Position numbers and translations under genes: made by a program. Positions 62,642-64,000 of a DNA stretch of 64,000 bases are shown in pieces (the first letter of the stretch is position 1; every line of letters begins with the position of its first letter). This DNA is from an uncultured Chloroflexia bacterium (GTDB lineage: Bacteria > Chloroflexota > Limnocylindria > Limnocylindrales > CSP1-4): contig CAWHDR010000005.1 of NCBI GenBank assembly GCA_963828165.1, forward strand, positions 210,550-274,549, written 5' to 3'. Below the pieces are notes generated by a model. The model ran no database searches. It worked only from the letters and a program-made list of their open reading frames with translations, and was not told where the DNA came from.

Positions 62642-62935
62642 TCACCCCCGGAACAGCGTCAGCCCACCGACCCACGCGGTCATGAGACATCCGGTCGCAC
62701 CCATCACCGCCAGGAACGGCTCGCCACCGGCCCACGCGGCGATCGCAACGCCGCCGAAGAGCGCGGCAAGGACGACCGCGATCGCGGCCATGCCGATCCG
62801 CTCGATCATCGGACGACGCTCCCGCGCGGCTTGGGCATCGGCCGGGCGGGACGGGTCCGCTGGCCCCCCGGGATCCGGTCCGTCCGCAGGGTCGGTCGGG
62901 TCGGACGGCTCGGTCACTCTGACGAATCCAGCCAC
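62642..62935 (-). CDS. Small membrane protein
   Basis: Two hydrophobic helices; start uncertain. Confidence 0.6.
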   Translation of the reverse strand: MAGFVRVTEPSDPTDPADGPDPGGPADPSRPADAQAARERRPMIERIGMAAIAVVLAALFGGVAIAAWAGGEPFLAVMGATGCLMTAWVGGLTLFRG

Positions 62936-64000
62936 AGCTCCATGAGGTTGCCTGCCATCGGGGCCGCCACCTCCGCGCCGCGACCGGCCTCTTCGACGAG
63001 GACGGCGATGGCCACCCGGGGCGCCTCCGCCGGCGCAAAGCCGATGAACCAGGAGTGTGGCTCGCCACGCCCGCCGAGTTCCGCCGTCCCGGACTTCCCG
63101 GCCGTCGTCACGCCCGGCACCTTCGCACCGGAGGTGTACTGCCGGCCGCGATCGGTCTCGACCGCGGCGACCATCGCCTCGTTGATCGCGGCCGCGTCTC
63201 CGCCGTCGATCACCCGCCGGACGGTGTTCGGGCCGATCGTCCCCGTCCCACGCTCGCCCGTGATGGCCGTCACGAGCCTGGGGCGGCGCAGCTCCCCGCC
63301 GCTTGCGATTGTGCTCGCCACCAGCGCCATCTGCAGCGGCGTCACGAACGTCTCGCCCTGGCCGTAGGCGGCGTTCGCCAGCTCCACGTCGTCGACGAAG
63401 CCACCCGGATCGTCGCCGTTCCCGTTCGTGACCTGCGAGATCGCCGTCGGCAGGTCGAAGGGGAGCGGCGCCCCGAAGCCCAGGCGCTCGGCGTAGTCGA
63501 CGAGGTCGCCTCCCCCGGTCTCCAGGCCCGTGAGGGCGTACCAGATGTTGCAGGAGACCTGGGTCGCGCCGACGAGGTCCAACCGTTCCGAACCCGTGAA
63601 GAGATGATGACCGTCGCGGATCCGGAAGCCACTCACGACGAGGCCATCCTCCTCGGCCCCGGGCTGCTCCGCGTAGGTGGTTCGCGGCGTGATCGCCCCC
63701 GATCCGAGGCCGGCGATGGCCGTGACGATCTTGAACACGGAGCCCGGCACGTAGCGCCCGAGCGTGGCACGTGGCAGCAGCGGCTCGTCCTCGTCCTCCT
63801 GGAGCGCCTTGAACGTGCGGTCGGCGGTTGCGGGGTCGGCGAGCGCCGACGCGGAGTACGTCGGGGTCGAGGCCATCGCCAGCACCTCGCCGTTGCGCGG
63901 ATCGAGCATCACGACCGCTCCCTTGCGATCGCCGAGCGCGCGTACCGCGGCACGTTGCAGCTCCAGGGACAGCGACAGGGTCAGGTCCTTGGGGTCGTAC
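62914..64000 (-). CDS. Class B penicillin-binding protein (PbpA-like), 5'-truncated by window edge
   Basis: PGSVFK (SxxK), SCN (SxN) and KSGTAE (KTG) motifs. Confidence 0.93.
   Translation of the reverse strand, partial: YDPKDLTLSLSLELQRAAVRALGDRKGAVVMLDPRNGEVLAMASTPTYSASALADPATADRTFKALQEDEDEPLLPRATLGRYVPGSVFKIVTAIAGLGSGAITPRTTYAEQPGAEEDGLVVSGFRIRDGHHLFTGSERLDLVGATQVSCNIWYALTGLETGGGDLVDYAERLGFGAPLPFDLPTAISQVTNGNGDDPGGFVDDVELANAAYGQGETFVTPLQMALVASTIASGGELRRPRLVTAITGERGTGTIGPNTVRRVIDGGDAAAINEAMVAAVETDRGRQYTSGAKVPGVTTAGKSGTAELGGRGEPHSWFIGFAPAEAPRVAIAVLVEEAGRGAEVAAPMAGNLMELWLDSSE

Overview
High-GC bacterial chromosome segment. The gene styles (CpaE-like response regulator, DUF4446, class-V aminotransferase-serA-histidine phosphatase operon, MoxR-DUF58-transglutaminase) suggest Chloroflexota, possibly Limnocylindria; this is an inference. 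Bases 1-26.2 kb are a large inositol/cyclitol catabolic island: two iolE-like genes, iolD, iolB, iolG-like genes, two ABC transporters and two LacI regulators with visible operators. It also carries a DegT-family aminotransferase, a Zn-dehydrogenase, a polyamine-type ABC importer and a CehA/McbA-type metallohydrolase, which points to aminocyclitol catabolism. Bases 26.2-44.5 kb and 50.2-64 kb are mostly housekeeping genes (ychF, murI, agmatinase, UvrD-nuclease, rarA, Ser/Thr kinase, murJ, serA, moxR, PBP). Bases 44.6-50.2 kb are an accessory block: a transmembrane SARP regulator, duplicated beta-propeller lipoproteins and a lysyl-oxidase-like protein. The most striking element is a compact, highly structured ~330-nt non-coding region downstream of ychF (27690-28018, minus strand). 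It carries, in order, motifs I recall from the 5' half of OLE RNA but lacks the OLE 3' half. Five genes, possibly six, carry apparent +1 frameshifts that are probably sequencing errors. No CRISPR array, tRNA, rRNA or transposase was seen.
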